DNA of 64,000 bases from Octopus vulgaris (Eukaryota). The notes under the pieces are model-generated. The model saw only the letters and a program-made list of their open reading frames with translations, did not search any database and was not told the origin of the DNA. Numbering within the stretch: the first letter of the stretch is position 1; each line of letters begins with the position of its first letter. Below, piece after piece: positions 25,701-38,822 of the stretch. The stretch spans positions 620,001 to 684,000 of the forward strand of contig OX597831.1 of assembly GCA_951406725.2 (NCBI GenBank). The letters run 5' to 3'. The position numbers and the translations under genes were made by a program.

Positions 25701-25862
25701 GTGTGTATTTTTCCCACTTCAAAAACATTCCCATATTGACCTTCTTAACACTGCCATTGGTTCTTATGATATAAAGCTGCTTGTTTTAAGTATCTATGTT
25801 TAAATTAAAATATTATGATTGTAATTGTTTCTAATAATCAACCTTTTGTCAGGTTGTGGTAT

Positions 25863-26098
25863 GGGTGGCGAGCTGGCAGAAACGTTAGCACACCGGGCGA
25901 AATGCTTAGCGGTATTTCGTCTGCGTTACGTTGTGAGTTCAAATTCCGCTGAGGTCGACTTTGTCTTTCATCCTTTCGGGGTCGATAAATTAAGTACCAG
26001 TTACGCACTGGGGTCGACGTAATCGACTTAATACCTATGTCTGTCCTTGTTTGTCTCCTCTGTGTTTAGCCCCTTGTGGGTAATAAAGAAATAGGTAT
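25863..26098 (+). mobile_element. Nin/Deu-domain tRNA SINE
   Basis: ggcgagctggcagaaacgttagca head, gagttcaaattcc, tttcatcctttcggggtcgataaattaagtaccag. Confidence 0.82.
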
Positions 26099-26367
26099 GG
26101 GCACCAATTTAACTGACCCCCCCCCCATTATTTTGATAACCCTATAAGTCACATAACATGGAATTCTTATGTTAAAAAGAAAATCCTCAACTTCTAAAGC
26201 CATCAATAACTTGCTTGTGATTATTGCACAACAGTAGAAAGCAATCTTTGACATTATCCTTGATTAGTAAACATAAAGACAAAAATTTCCAAGTTTATGT
26301 TGCAAAAACCATATCAATAAATATATATGTATATATATATATATATATACATATATAATATATATTA

Positions 26368-26723
26368 TCTAATATATAAAATCCGTTCTGTCTGTCTGTG
26401 TGTGTATGTGTCTTTTAGGATCTTGGGCATCCTCCATCCGATTGTGCTCAAATTTGATATCTAGATACCGACAGTATCAGGGCGTGTATAAGTCTTGAAA
26501 AAATTACAAAAATCAATTCCAGGCGAGAATGAGATTGATAAAGCCGTGGGAATGTGCATTTGTACACGCAAGTACATCAGTCGAAATCTGTCTTTTGCTG
26601 GTGTCTCAAATTTAGGTTAAATCAGTGTTTCTCCAAGGGACAGTCGGACAAGTTGTTTTGAGAAAATTTGGTTTAAATGTTTGACAACTCAGCACCGTCC
26701 ATTGGACGGGGTCGTTTTGCTCG
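26368..26723 (+). mobile_element. Non-autonomous Helitron-like element
   Basis: A|TC start, (CTGT)n near the 5' end, 3' hairpin ccgtcca-t-tggacgg, CTCG|T end (variant of CTAG). Confidence 0.6.
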
Positions 26724-26755
<32 letters not shown>

Positions 26756-27023
26756 TAATAAAGTGATTGTTTCTTATCAGGAACAAAATGTTTAATAGGA
26801 CTGCTATCGAAGTGCTCAAGTAAATGAGACAAATATAGTAAACTTTAGTTGCAGAACATAAAGATCACTTTTTTATGTAAACATTGAAGTTGTAATTTTC
26901 AAGTTTTTTTCCTATTTATTGTGGATACAGCAAAAATATCGTTGAAGTATAAGTTGCATAGACATAGTTATTTCTTAATCTCTTTCTTCCATTTGTATCA
27001 GATTTTTCATATTTATATTCTAG

Positions 27024-27100
27024 CTAAAACTAAGGCTTATCTGAATGGTACAATTTCTGAAACAGAACCTGATTGGAACAAAATTGGTTTATACACGAAG
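27024..27100 (+). CDS. GALC: GALC penultimate exon, AKTKAYLNGTISETEPDWNKIGLYTK
   Basis: ttctag/gtaaa; 77 nt, phase 1-0; phases join both neighbours; overlaps ORF 26921..27199. Confidence 0.87.
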
Positions 27101-28322
27101 GTAAAAAAGTTTTCTGAGTTATTTCTCTTCCTTTCTTTGATGAAAGTTTCCGTTACTGCTAATTGTTTTCCTTCTCATTGCAGGTGTAACTTTAATTGAT
27201 TAAATATTATTATTAACATGAAGTATAGTAGCGCATCCTTAATTATCCTTTCTACGATAAGCACAAAGCCTGAAAGTTTTGTGTGGAAGAGGCTAGTTGA
27301 CTATGTCAACCCTAGTGTGCATCAACCTCGAAAGGATGAAAGGCAAAATTGCTCTCAACAGGATTTGAACTTAGAATGTTAAACCAGAAGAAATGCTGCT
27401 AAGCATTTTGTCCAACCTGCTAATGATTCTGCCAGCTTGCCAACTTATAATAATAATGGTTTCAAATTTAGGCACAGGGCAATAATTTTAAAGAGAGGGG
27501 AAGTTGATTACACTGATCCAGGTACTTGACTGATACTTATTTTACCGACCAAAAAGGGATGAAAAGTAAAGTTTACCACAGTGGAATTTAAAGTCAGAAT
27601 GTAAAGAGCTAAATGAAATGCCATTAAGCAATTTGTCTGACATTCTAATGCTTCTGCCAGCTTACCACCTTAGCCTACATTTAATTATAAGATTAATTTC
27701 TGTTTACTGAAAGTTCCAGTCCACATTTTACTAATACCATACCGACCCTATCTGTCTTCAAACGTTAGTCTGCCTAAGTTTGGAAGACAAATTAAAAATT
27801 AAAAAAATAAAGAGGTTAATTTCTCAGAAATGCCATCTGTATGAAAAACTATAGTTGAGTTTTGTTGTGTTTGGGGACGCACGAATTCACATAAAGAATC
27901 TTGCGAACCAAATACAAAAATTATATAGTTAAGTTAGTATCAACATATTTAATGTATTAACCATTGGAAATTTAATTAAAAATAGTTATGCAGTGAGAAA
28001 TAGACAATATTTGTCCAAAGATTGATATTACTTAAATCATCGAGGACAATTGTGGACATTTTCTAGCCTTATTTGATCTCCTCAGTGAAGGATTAACTTC
28101 ACTTCACTACTGAAGTTGTGTGTGACAAATCACTTTAATTCTGTAAAAACTTAACAGAATCTCAATAGACACAGTATATATATGTATATATCTATATCTG
28201 TACCTACCTACATACAAGATTTATGTATGTATTTAAAATAATTTTCTTTATCTTGTTTAAATTTTAAATTTTAGTCATCTTATCATTTTAATCAAAATAA
28301 TTTCTTGTCATTGTTCTTTTAG

Positions 28323-28469
28323 GGTGGCATTGTAATTGGACTTCTTAATGAGAAAATCATATTTAGTACACTTGTTGAGGACATCTACCAAAAACCTGGT
28401 TTTGTAGGTCTTGGAACTTATCCTTATGGCATTGCTGATTTTGACATGTTCTTTGTTGAAGAAATTTGA
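28323..28469 (+). CDS. GALC: GALC terminal coding exon, GGIVIGLLNEKIIFSTLVEDIYQKPGFVGLGTYPYGIADFDMFFVEEI-stop
   Basis: ttttag acceptor; 147 nt including TGA; G-VGLGT---ADFD-F-V corresponds to the GALC C-terminal GWAAIGT---AQFDNF-V. Confidence 0.92.
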   Translation, partial: GGIVIGLLNEKIIFSTLVEDIYQKPGFVGLGTYPYGIADFDMFFVEEI

Positions 28470-28480
28470 ATTGATGTGAT

Positions 28481-28526
28481 AATAAAGAAAGAAAACATTT
28501 ATTTTTGAAAGGAAGTTTTTAATAAA
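28481..28526 (+). promoter_or_regulatory. Candidate GALC polyadenylation signals
   Basis: AATAAA at 28481-28486 and 28521-28526, just downstream of the stop; the region is AT-rich, so specificity is low. Confidence 0.4.
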
Positions 28527-28644
28527 ATCATTTTTTATATGAAAATATATATGCACTTGATATATGTATATGATGAAATCATTTTTTATATAAAAATATA
28601 TGTATTTAATAAAATCAATTTTTATATAAAAATATATATATCTG

Positions 28645-28842
28645 TTTTACTTGTTTCAGCCATTTGACAGTAGCTATGCTGGAGCACCACCTTTAGTTGA
28701 ACAAATCGATCACAGGACTTATTCTTTGTAAGATTAGTACTTATTCTGTCAGTCTCTTTTGCCGAACCGTTAAGTCATGGGGATGCAAACACACCAACAT
28801 CAGTTCTCAAGCGATGGTGGGGGGACAAACACACAAACACAA

Positions 28843-28875
<33 letters not shown>

Positions 28876-29098
28876 TATAATTCTGGCGTTTGCTAAATTT
28901 TGTTGAGAACATTCCTTTCTTAGTGGTAAGACCATAGTGGATCTACTTCTAGCATAATGGATGTCCACGTAGTGGTTATCCCTCTTGTATGTATGTAATA
29001 TAATTTTTCTGAATCTTCAGATTTTAATATGCTGGACCACTGGTTTTAAATTGATATTAATCAAATTAATATTCAATTTTTTACGCTTATTATTTTAA

Positions 29099-29135
<37 letters not shown>

Positions 29136-29299
29136 AGGCTTCTTTTAGTTTCTGTCTACCAGATCTACTCACAAGGCTTTGGTTGGCCCAAGTCTATAGT
29201 AGAAGACAGTTGCCCAATGTGCCACGCAGTGGGACTGAACCTAGGACAGGACCATGTAGTTAGGAAGCAAGCTTCTTACCACACAGCTACTCCTGCACC
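28645..29299 (-). mobile_element. CORE-like tRNA SINE with a ~220-bp insert in its internal (TA)n
   Basis: 3' half at 28645-28860 and 5' half at 29130-29299, separated by unrelated sequence at about 28880-29100. Confidence 0.72.
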
Positions 29300-29371
29300 T
29301 GTGTATATATATTTAATAAAATCATTTTTTATATAAAAAAAACATATAGATTTGCCCATCATGTCTGTGTG

Positions 29372-29402
<31 letters not shown>

Positions 29403-29961
29403 ATATATATATACACACACACACACACATATTTATATGTATGTATTTGTATGTCTGTGTTTGTCCTCCCACCATCACTTGACAACTGATGTTGGTGTGT
29501 TTACGTCCCCACAGTCCAATGACTGAAACAAGTAAAAGAATAAAAGAAAATACTTAATATATGTATATATATTTGATAAAACCATTTTTTTATATAAAAA
29601 TTTATATATATATACCATATTTCCTAGCCTACAGTCAAATTTTCAGACCTAAAACTTACAGCCGAAAAAACATAAAAGGCAGGACAATTTATATACCAAG
29701 ACAGGCTTGGATGACTAAAAATTCTATATGAAATGCAGTAAGTTTTGGCAAGATAATGGTATTGTTTGAATGTTTACATTATATATTTACATTATATACT
29801 ACATTAACTTGTTCACAGAAAAATGTAGTATTAATGAAATATATAAAATATATACTTATTTTTTTACCATGTAATTATTTATACTAATAATCATCATACA
29901 TACATACACACATACGTACATATGTATGTATATGTACATATATACGTATGTGTATGTATAT

Positions 29962-30540
29962 ATCCGATCGTTGCCGTACACAGGGCTGCCCCGACTGGCC
30001 TCCGTGCCGGTGACACGTAAAAAGCACCATCCGTTCGTGGCCATTGCCAGTCTCGCCTGGCCCCCCGTGCCGGTGGCACGTAAAAAGCACCATCCGTTCG
30101 TTGCCAGTGGCACGTAAAAAGCACCATCCGTTCGTGGCCGTTGCCAGCACTGCCCCGACTGGCCTCCATGCTGGTGGCACGTAAAAAGCATCATCCGTTC
30201 GTGGCTGTTGCCAGCGCCGCCCTGACTGGCCTCCGTACCGGTGGCACGTAAAAGCACCATCCGTTTGTGTCCGTTTCCAGCCTTGCCTGGCCCCGTGCCG
30301 GTGGCACGTAAAAGCACCATCCGGTCGTGGCCGTTTGCCAGCTCCGTCTATCTCCATGCCAGTGGCATGTAAAAAGCACCCACTACACTCGCGGAGTGGT
30401 TGGCATTAGGAAGGGCATCCAGCCGTAGAAACACTGCCAGATCAGACTGGGCCTGATGCGGCCTTCTGGTTTCACAGACCCCAGTTGAACTGTCCAAACC
30501 ATGCTAGCATTGAAAACGGACGCTAAACGATGATGATGAT
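29962..30540 (+). repeat. RTE 3'UTR with about 7 tandem gtggcacgtaaaaagcacc units and a (GAT)n tail
   Basis: Same unit and tail as 10700-11011 and 14236-15263. Confidence 0.85.
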
Positions 30541-30967
30541 ATATATAAATGGATTAATGACTTATCTTTTATTTACAGTCAACATGGAAAATTCAATAAG
30601 CAGTTACCAGGGTAGCAACATTGACGCAAGTAACAAGGATGTAGCGACTCATTCAAAGTTAGAAACTCCGGGTTAACGACCTTGCTTGAATCTTTTTACA
30701 CATGCCACCGGCACAGGTGCCAGTAAGGCGATGCTGGTAATGATAAATATATTGTAATTAAAAAAAGGTGCGGTAAAAAGGAAGAACAGAAATTAGCTGT
30801 CACATTATTACTGTTTTGATGTGTGTGTGTGTGTGCCTGTGTGTGTGTACATTTGTTTTAATGTGAGGTTATATATAAAAACAATTTTACATGAAACTGA
30901 AAGATCACACAATACTTTTAAATAGAGTACATGCACATATGTTAAATGAATAAGGCCAGCATGAATA

Positions 30968-31384
30968 GGCGCAGGAGTGGCTGTGTGGTAAGTAGCTTGT
31001 CTACCAACCACATGGTTCCGGGTTCAGTCCCACTGTGGCACCTTGGGCAAATGTCTTCTATTATAGCCTTGTGCCGACCAAAGCCTTGTGAGTGGATTTG
31101 GTAGACGGAAACTGAAAGAAGCCCGTCGTATATATGTATATATATATATATATATATATGCGTGTGTGTTTGTGTGTCTGTGTTTGTCCCCTATCATTGC
31201 TTGACAACCGATGCTGGTGTGTTTATGTCCCCGTTACTTAGCGGTTCGGCAAAAGAGACCGATAGAATAAGTACTGGGCTTACAAAAGAATAAGTCCCGG
31301 GGTCGAGTTGCTCGATTAAAGGTGGTGCTCCAGCATGGCCGCAGTCAAATGACTGAAACAAGTAAAAGAGAGAGTAAAAGAGAG
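30968..31384 (+). mobile_element. CORE-like tRNA SINE
   Basis: Full-length, ggcgcaggagtggctgtgtggtaag to gaaacaagtaaaagag. Confidence 0.85.
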
Positions 31385-31419
31385 CATGGCTGTGTAGGTC
31401 AAGTGCAGGACAACTGAAC

Positions 31420-31755
31420 CACATATGGTCAATAAGTGTTAATTTGACAACAACCATTCACAGACCCATAAAAAATAAACCTCCACTAACTAAACTGCCT
31501 ATATATCTGTGCACACTTTTCAATGTTGTATATGCCATAAGGTCTGCAAATTTAATGGAGATCTCAAAAGACATTTTAAGATCCACAAAAATCAGAACTT
31601 AATTCCAGCTCTTGGTGGTCCAAAACAGATACGCAATCTATGTAGGTGCCTTTTCAAGACATTGTCTGGTTTAAAATGTCACATCAGACACCGTGATGAT
31701 CTGTGGTGTAAGTACAAGAGGCTGTCGGACTCTGCGTAAGGAGTAGACAACCACC

Positions 31756-31756
<1 letters not shown>
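31420..31756 (+). mobile_element. Probable RTE/BovB-type LINE 3' end with C2H2 zinc fingers
   Basis: ORF 31509..31739 has FQCCICHKVCKFNGDLKRHFKIH and a degenerate [14 protein letters not shown], then a short 3'UTR and a microsatellite tail. Confidence 0.5.
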
Positions 31757-32477
<721 letters not shown>

Positions 32478-32565
32478 ATGTCAATGGAATATATATTTGA
32501 AAAAGAGCACACTCTAAACATTAGAACAATAATGTATCTCCAGGAAGTTACTTACATGGCTGATC

Positions 32566-32631
32566 ATAGAGTGACCAATGGTTTCGCATCCATAAAGTGT
32601 TTAGTCTTATAGCTGACTCATCAGGCTCCAA
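32566..32631 (-). ncRNA. Degenerate type I hammerhead ribozyme motif
   Basis: Minus strand: ttggagc-CTGATGA(32624-18)...GAAA(32585-82)-CCATTG-GTC-actctat; core intact but stem II weak and the first stem I pair mismatched. Confidence 0.5.
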
Positions 32632-32811
32632 TGGCTGTAGACATATCTATATATAATAGTGGTTGGCGTTAGGAAGGGCATCCAGCCATAGAAACATTGT
32701 CAGATCAAACTGGGCCTGGTGCAGCCTTCTGGCTTCCCAGACCCCAGTTGACCCGTCCAACCCATGCTAGCATGGAAAGCGGACGCTAAATGATGATGAT
32801 GATGATGATAT

Positions 32812-33105
32812 ATATAGAGGATGTTTCAAAAAGAATGATCCAATTTTAAACAGCCATATTTATCAAAGAATATGCTTTACACAAATGAAACAGTACAAAA
32901 TACTCACAAAATCCTAAAGTTTCAGAAACATTATTACAAATGTTCCATGTGCCCTCTACCAGCCACATGGATGACATCAAGATGATAGCAAAATGTATGA
33001 ACACTTTGCAAGGTGTCTTCGTTGGTTGAAGCAAATGCTGTTGCCATCCAGTTTTTAAGCTCCTCAAGATCATGAGCTAAAGGAGGAACAAGAACATGTC
33101 CAAGA
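32812..33105 (-). mobile_element. Tc1/mariner-superfamily transposase C-terminal remnant with one end
   Basis: ORF 32934..33122 has PPLAHDLEELKNWMATAF and GRGHMEHL-stop; TA-flanked terminus at about 32812-32850. Confidence 0.65.
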
Positions 33106-34171
33106 TAGGTTTGTCCATTCACTCTGTTTCCCTCGAAAATTTATGGGCCATAAATCTTGGTTTGTAAAGCATACGAAAAAATTTTAACTTCCAACGCGGG
33201 AGCAGGCAACATAAAGTTGCCCATGCAAAAAGCAGGGCTCGCCCAGATGTATTCCCATGACTGAGAGTGTCTGTCCCTGCGATTTGTTAATTGACATTGC
33301 TTAATGGATTTCTGGGGTGACTGGGGAAATGAAAACATCTTCACGATCACCCTTAGACAGTTTTGAAAGCCTATAGAAAATGCGAGCCTTTTACGTGAAA
33401 AACTGTGGATTTGTATAAAGGGCACACAGACACGCAGATACACAGACATTTTGCCTGTTTATAGATATAAAAATAACAAGAACGCTCACACCCACACTGC
33501 TATTAAGCTTTCGTTAACCCTTTAACTACAAAATTAAATTTCATGGTTATTCCAGTAAAGATTTAAAATATCTACTCCTGCCTCCACGACTCAAAATAGA
33601 ATTGGTTTTTCTCCGAGTCATTTTGCCTCAATAAATTTGGTATATCTCAAGAAAAAAAAAAAAAGTTTCAAACTTGACATTTCTCTGTAAAAGATAGATT
33701 GGTATAAAAAACTGCTTTCCACAAATAAGGGGACTGAAATTTTTAGTGGACATATCTGATTTCTGTGGTAAAAGGGCAGAGTTTTCATTCCTAGGCATGT
33801 TCTCCATCATTTTGTGAAGTTAGACGAGTTCAGACTATTGACCATACATGGTCTTAAGTGTAAATCTTACTACAGTCAATGAAATGTGCGAGCATCTTCT
33901 CCTCTTGCCCCTCCCCTATCTTCCTCTCCTCTCCTCCCTCTCAACAAGGAAGTTAACAAAGAAAAGTTCTTCAAATGAAGGTAGAATATGGTCATTGAGG
34001 TGTGAAGAATTTGGATGAAAAGTGCAAAATGGAAATAAAATAGCATTAATTGTTATTAATTACTAGATACAGCGGGGTGGGAAATGTTGTCTCTTATTAG
34101 CGTAAAGAGTTATATTTTGAAGCCCACGTGTATACACACACACACGTTATATTATATTATATTATATTATA

Positions 34172-34553
34172 CTAGCAGTATCACCCGGCGTTGCTCGGGT
34201 TTGTAAGGGAAATAACTATATAAGCATTTTTAGAGATGTAAAGTATAATAGCCATCTCAATATGGCTAACCACAAAGGGGGGGTGTTACTGTAGCTTTTT
34301 ACGTTCTGAGATTTAATAATACATTTTTAGAGAGTTACTTCCCTTATATATGCCAAAAATGCATTAAAAATGGGAAAAAATGATGGTAAATTAAAAAAAA
34401 AATCGTAGACTCATTGTAGTCGCGCTAATACTCAGAAGGGCTCGATATGAATCACGACTATAAGATACCCGCTTTTGGTTAAACTGTGGGAGTAGTTTGG
34501 AATCTAAATCGTAGGAGACAGACACCACACAACCTCACTTTTATATATATAGA
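34172..34553 (-). mobile_element. Non-autonomous Helitron
   Basis: Minus strand A|TC start, cccgagcaacgccggg hairpin, CTAG|T end; near-identical to 35115-35506. Confidence 0.85.
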
Positions 34554-34599
34554 TTATGTATATCTCTCAAGAAATTCTTCCCAGTGCACTTTGCTAATA

Positions 34600-34968
34600 G
34601 AACATCACTGAAACAAGTGGAGAAGTTTAAGTATCTCGGGACCATATTCACGAGTGATATGAAGCAGGACGCTGAACTAGATACTAGAATTGTAGATGCT
34701 TGTACTGTAATGCACTAACTCCAGCATGTGATCTTCAGAAAAGGAGAGGCTGGTAAAAAGAAAACCAGGCTTGCTATCCTCAGTTCGGATTTCGTGCCTA
34801 TCCTCATCTATGGTCATAAATGTTGGGTAATGACCGAAAGAGTATAATCATGAATGCAAGTGGCCAAAATGGAGACCCTCCAAAGTATTTCTGGAGCAAC
34901 GTTATTCGACAGAGCACATAGTTTGGAGATGCGGAAGTCTCTCCAGATCGAGCTGCTATTTCTCCGTA
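34600..34968 (+). mobile_element. RTE (Expander/Rex3-like) LINE fragment
   Basis: KQVEKFKYLG, ELDTRI, VPILIYGH-CWVMTER and SLEMRKSLQIELL, with stops. Confidence 0.78.
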
Positions 34969-35114
34969 TATGTATAACACACACAAACACACACATGCAC
35001 ACAAGCATGCGTGCGTTCCCATACACTCATCTGTTTATACATATATGCATACATACATGTACTTGGTGGCTGTCTGTTCCTTGCAGAGCTTGGTCTTTTT
35101 TCTTGTATCTATAA

Positions 35115-35506
35115 CTAGCAGTATCGCCCGGCGTTGCTCGGGTTTGTAAGGGAAATAACTATATAAGCATTTTTAGAGATGTAAAGTATAATAGCCATCT
35201 CAATATGGCTAACCACAAAGGGGGCGGGGTGTTACTGTAGCTTTTTACGTTCTGAGATTTAATAATAAATTTTTAGAGAGTTACTTCCCTTATATATGCC
35301 AAAAATGCATTAAAAATGGGAAAAATTGATGGTAAATTTTTTTAAAAATCGTAGACTCATCGTAGTCGCGCTAATACTCAGAAGGGCTCGATATGAATCA
35401 CGACTATAAGATACCCGCTTTTGGTTAAAACGCAAAATGTGGGAGTAGTTAGGAATCTAAATCGTAGGAGACAGACAGCACACAACTTGACTTTTATATA
35501 TAAAGA
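35115..35506 (-). mobile_element. Non-autonomous Helitron, second copy
   Basis: Same termini and body as 34172-34553. Confidence 0.85.
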
Positions 35507-36911
35507 TTACTCTTTCCTAGCGTGAGATCATTAACGATTTTTGAACTCTGAAAGGTGTTTGAAGAACTGACCACAAATACTGCAACAACAGTTCATTGCA
35601 GTATTGGTTCCATTTTCCCACTTGTTTATTAAGAATGTTCAAGTGTTTCTTCAATCTTCCCCATAACTTTCAGGTTTTTTGACAAACATGACATTGAGAC
35701 TGGTCACCCGTAATAAAATTGAAATACTTCATGTGTGCCTTATCTGCGTGGGCGCACTGGTGTGATTTCATACAAGCTTGAGAAAGGCAAACTTTTATGC
35801 ATAAGGAACATTTAAAGAAGAATGAGCAACACTCGCAACTCTATTGATATTAATCTAATTTTTACGAACTTTCATTTCAGTGTGCTTAACTCTGTCTAGC
35901 TCAACATTTTTAATACTGCTCCAAATCATAACTCTCCATGATTCCCTATCTGTCGCAAGTGATTCAAGACTTTTGTTAACATAATTTAAGGCATTTCAGA
36001 TTTGATTTTAAAGAGTCTTTGTATCGTTTCTTTGGCTTGCCATTTTCTCTCTTATGACAGTTGATTTCATTTACGATCGCATATAAATCAGAAGTTTATC
36101 ATGCATGCAGACCCCAATTATGGCTAATCAGAATTCATCGTTCACGTGATAAATTTCAGAATTTTCTTTCAGAGTTGGCCTTAAAAACAGACACTTTGAG
36201 TGCGAAAAGCCAGAGAGAATTGGGACCCTGTTCGTTATGGTCACCCGTGATTTCTTCTCTCATGGCTGTTTTCACAGCTTCATACTCAAACCAGCGCAAT
36301 TTTCCTAATAGCTGTTTTCACAACTCCAAACCAATTCAGAGAATCAACGCAGCCATACGCTTTTGCAGCAATGTGAAAGATCAACTTAATCATCAATTAT
36401 CTGTTGAAGAATTTCAGCACCTGTAAAATATGATGTTCATATAAGATTGACTCTGTATTTTCATGAAGCCTTGTAAAAAACTTAGCAATAAATGTTGTAT
36501 ATAAACTGATACCAAGTCTTTGTCATAAACAATGCTACACTCTTTTCCAGCATTAGTTCATCGTAAAGCATTTGCTAAGAGATGCTCTAATCATCCATAC
36601 AAATGAGATGGCCTGTCCATCGTAGTTTATAAGGCCTCAGGAGTGTAGTAGGCAGCGTGACAGTCTCAAATATATATGTACACACACAGACACACACACA
36701 TCGTTGCATGCATATATAAGTGGCGAGAAGGCCAACATTCCCCCCTGAGCAGGTTGCCAGTCTGTTGCCAGGTTCCTCATTTACAGCTGAGTGAATTCGA
36801 CCAATGCGAAATGTGACGTTTTGCTGAAGAGCACAACGCACCACCGGTCTGAAAATGGAAACCACGATGTTGCGATCGTGAGTGTTGCACCAATAATCAC
36901 TAGCCAACGCA

Positions 36912-37011
<100 letters not shown>

Positions 37012-37146
37012 TACACACACACACACACACATTGTAAACACAAAAATATCGTATACAGATATAAGATTACTTCGGAGGATAGAGAATATTTCTATATAGA
37101 AACTAGCTCATGTTACATTAAGCAGAGAATTGCCAATCATTTAAGT

Positions 37147-37259
37147 TCGTTTAGAAACAGAGACAAAATGAATACTACCAGCCACAGTAAGTTATTTGGG
37201 CACTTAAAGATCAGTTTACTAAGGCTGGTAGTATTCATTTTGTCCCTATTTCTAAACGA
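37147..37259. repeat. 37-bp-arm inverted repeat
   Basis: 37147-37183 versus 37223-37259, 2 mismatches. Confidence 0.85.
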
Positions 37260-38389
37260 TCTTATGTTCATATAAGTATTTTCGATTGCTTGGGAAATTA
37301 TTAGTTAAGCAAAACCTTATATAATAGGCGATACTAGCCGTAACTCTTGTGTGGAGGAAATGTACAAAAGTTTCTTTTTTAAATACACTATTTTAAATAC
37401 TAGACAGGAACAGGCTACGAGATGTCCACACTGGATTAAATGTACGTTTAAACGATTTAAAGAAACATAAATTACCATCTATGGTAATTATACTAGTTAT
37501 ACTAATACATCTGTTTGTTGTCTACACCACCTGTCTTCGTCTTTTGTTTTTTTTTTGTGAATTCTCCCTATATACAAGCACACACACACACGCACATACA
37601 CGCACACGCGCGCGTATGTATGTATGTATGTATGTATGTATGTATGTATGTATGTATGTATGTATGTATGTATGTATGCATGCACGCACGCACATACGTA
37701 CATATGTATGTATGCAATCATGCACGCACGCACGCACGTACGTACGTACGTAGTATGTATGTATGTATGTATGTATGTATGTACGTACGTATGTATGTAT
37801 GTATGTATGTATGTATGTATGTATGTATGTATGTATGTATATGAGCGCATGCACGTGTACGTGTATCTTTAAGATGGACATTTCAGAATTATTGAGACAG
37901 AGGTGGATGTGATATGATTCTGTCCCTAAATATAAATCAATTTGTCTACTTTGTACGTCTGGTTGTTGTTTTTTTATAGATATTTTTTTTAGCTATTTCA
38001 ATGCATTTATTTTCGCTACCATTTATAGAAGTTACCTTCGTTATGTACACAAACTCAAATGCAGAACATTTGCTGTTAAGCTATCTGCACGTGGAGTTGC
38101 TGAAATTGCATTCTGGCATCCATTAGAGACACTTATAGGACTGACATATTAAACGAAAATAACAAAACAAAACTATACAAGTAGATAGCGCAACACGTTC
38201 TAAACTCCTGTTGGCGATATTAAAGCTTAGAAAAACACAAGGTCAACACTTGCAATATAATCAATAGCCGAGTAAAAACACGAGCATATCAATGATAAAA
38301 AAAAAAGAGAGAACGTCGCATCTTTTCTGTTTAGCTTTCATTTTCAGTTCCTTTAATTTTGTTCCAGTTTATTTCAAATTTGGTATATT

Positions 38390-38789
38390 CTCTTTCTCTT
38401 TCTCTTTTACTTGTTTCAGTCATTTGACTGCGGCCATGCTGGAGCACCGCCTTTAGTCGAGCAAATCGACCCCGGGACTTATTCTTTGTAAGCCCAGTAC
38501 TTATTCTATCGGTCTCTCTTTTGCCGAACCGCTAAGTGATGGGAACGTAAACACACCAGCATCGGTTGTCAAGCAACGCTAGGGGGACAAACACAGACGC
38601 ACACATATATATATATACATATATACGACAGGCTTCTTTCAGTTTCCGTCTGCCAAATCCACTCACAAGGCATTGGTCGGCCCGGGGCTATAGCAGAAGA
38701 CACTTGCCCAAGGTGCCACGCAGTGGGACTGAACCCGGAACCATGTGGCTGGTTAGCAAGCTACTTACCACACAGCCACTCCTGTGCCT
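38390..38789 (-). mobile_element. CORE-like tRNA SINE
   Basis: Near-identical to 15288-15723 and 63497-63913. Confidence 0.85.
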
Positions 38790-38822
38790 ATTGATGTAGT
38801 TTTGTGAAAAATTATATCAATA

